Below are positions 62,116 to 64,000 of a stretch of 64,000 nucleotides of DNA, in pieces. The notes beneath the pieces were generated by a model. It searched no databases and was not told the origin of the DNA. It worked only from the letters and a program-made list of their open reading frames with translations. Position numbers and translations under genes: made by a program. The DNA lies in contig CM069145.1 in assembly GCA_035221665.1 (NCBI GenBank), positions 32,054,001-32,118,000 on the forward strand. Reading direction: 5' to 3'. Position 1 is the first letter of the stretch; each line of letters starts with the position of its first letter. The DNA is from Okamejei kenojei. Taxonomy: Eukaryota.

Positions 62116-63158
62116 CTAGACCAAGTGGTACCTGTAGGGTCCCTGTCCCCATCGCAACCCGTTCCTCCGAAGCAATATTGCACCACTCACCCATAGCCCC
62201 CACAGGAGGCCTGGTCCCCCAACGCAACCTGTTCCCCAATACAATATTCCTCCTCCCCTCCCCTACTCCCTCCCTCACCTCTCCCTTCCTCTCCTTTCAC
62301 CTACACTCAGTCACTCACTCCCTCCCTCCATAACTCCTCTCCCCCCCCACCCCCTCCTATCCCGATATCCCCAACTCCTTCCTCACCTCCCCACCCACTG
62401 CCCTCCTCTTCCTCTATCCCCATTCCATACTTCCCCCAATTCCCCCGCCTCTCTCTTTATTCCCGCTCCTCCCCACTCTCCCTCCTCACCTCCCCCACTT
62501 TTCCCCTCTCTCCATACCGCCTCCTCTCCCTCAACCCCCCCACTCTCCTCACTTTCCCAAGGACCCACTCCTCTCCCTCCTTGCGGGCACCGAGCAGCAG
62601 TGCTGCTGCCCCCAGAGCTAGCTTCAGCACCCAGGCCCCAGATCCTTTATGCAGCCTCACCCCACCACGCAGGCCTGGAGCAGCAGCAACGCTGCCACCC
62701 GCACACCCAGCCCCAGCCTCAGCCCCAAGTCCCTGGATCCCCGAGGGCCCGGAGCAGCAGTAAAATGGAAGGAAACGTACCCGTGGTGCCGTTGTGTCCA
62801 TGAAGTGAGGAAAAAAAATGGAGGTCTGAAATTATGCAAAGACAGCACAGAGTACCTGTGGGGTGTCCTTAGTGATGCCAGTCAAGTAAAGAGGGAAAGT
62901 GGGGGTGGGGCAAGTGGCGTGAGCTAAAAATATGAATAACGTAAAAATTTAGCTAAAAAAAGCTAAAAATATGAATAATGTAAAATATGGCATCAATTTA
63001 AAGAAACTTGATACACCAGACCACAGGACAATTGTGAGTAAGGTGGTCCAAAAATTGTAGAGTTATCATGTACCGTTCTGGCGTTCTTCCGGATCACATG
63101 GGCAGACATGCAGACACACACGCATAGAAACAAACAAGGTGAGAGTTTTAGTAATATA
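62116..63158 (-). mobile_element. Non-autonomous Helitron-like unit 2
   Basis: Same termini (CTAGACCAAGTGG...hairpin; GAGTTTTAGTAATATA); ~180 bp at 62965-63158 is homologous to 61940-62115. Confidence 0.7.
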
Positions 63159-64000
63159 CTAGACCAAGTGCAGAATCCGTTGGGTCTGTTCCCCCAATGT
63201 GCGGTTGCGGGGGGGGTGGGGGGGGGCAGCATGTGGCGTCACGCACACTAACTACCACCCCGCACACACGTTAACTACCCCCTCCTCCCCATCCTCTCGT
63301 CCTCCCCTCCATCCCCCTTGATTAGAGAGTGACGGCAGAGGGAGAGTGGGGAGAGACAGAGAGAGAGAGGAACAGAGACAGAAGGGCAAGAGACAGAGGG
63401 AGGGGGTGGAGGGGAGGAGGAGAGGATGGGGAGGGTGGGGAGGAGGGGAAAGGGAGATGGGGAGAGAGTGGGGAGGGGGAGGGTGGGGAGGAGGGGAGAG
63501 GGAGATGGGGAGAGAGTGGGGAGGGGGATATGGGGAGAGAGTGGGGAGGGGAGATGGGGAGAGAGAGTGGGGAGGGGAGGAGAGGGGAGGGGGAAGGGAG
63601 CGAGAGGGGGATGAGGATGGGGGAGGGGAGGAGAGCGGGGTGGGTAAAGGAGGAGACGGGTAGGGGAAGGGGGTGGTAGAGGGGGAGAGGGAGGGTGGAT
63701 GAGGGGGGTAGAGAGGTGGGGGAAGGGGAGGGGAAAGGGGAGGGTGGGGAGGGGAGAGAGGGGGAGGGTGGGGAGGAAGGGAGAGGGAGATGGGGATAGA
63801 GTGGGGAGGGGAGATGGGGACAGAGGGAGAGATGGGGAGAAAAGTGGGGAGGGAGAGGGGAGGGGAAGGGAGAGGGGGATGAGGATGGGGAGGGGAGGAG
63901 AGCGGGGAGTGTAAAGGAGGAAACAGGGGTAAGGGGAAGGGGGTGGTAGAGGGGGGAGGGGGGAGGGGGTGAGGGTGGGTGAGGGGTTAGAGAGTGGTCA
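63159..64000 (-). mobile_element. Non-autonomous Helitron-like unit 3 (runs off window)
   Basis: CTAGACCAAGTG-CAGAATCCGTTGGGTCTG terminal hairpin, followed by a G/A-rich low-complexity interior. Confidence 0.6.
63330..64000 (+). repeat. G/A-rich low-complexity tandem repeat
   Basis: Recurring GGGGAGAGAGTGGGGAGGGG / GGGAGATGGGG units. Confidence 0.9.

Overview
Vertebrate genomic DNA, most likely a cartilaginous fish (skate/ray, inferred from HE1-like V-SINEs and CR1, Rex1 and Penelope-type repeats). The only host protein-coding gene I can support is the 3-exon homeobox gene Emx2 (+ strand; CDS 25340-25727, 26978-27162, 29300-29467; 246 aa). It lies in a ~17 kb stretch with no recognisable transposon, inside a ~39 kb CpG-retaining domain with many enhancer-like non-coding blocks. 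The flanks hold: (i) about 20 copies of a short Penelope-LTR-like repeat carrying a minimal hammerhead-ribozyme-like core (CTGAAGA-A-GGGTC-TC-GACCC-GAAA-CG-TC), present as solo TSD-flanked, fold-back and tandem forms; (ii) a rearranged DIRS1-like tyrosine-recombinase retrotransposon (49001-51148) whose recombinase fragment is inverted inside gag; (iii) a head-to-tail array of three non-autonomous Helitron-like units (61150 to window end); (iv) CR1, Rex1/Babar, L1 and SINE relics. There is one 172-N assembly gap. All coordinates were read by eye; repeat boundaries are approximate and family names come from motif recognition, not database searches.
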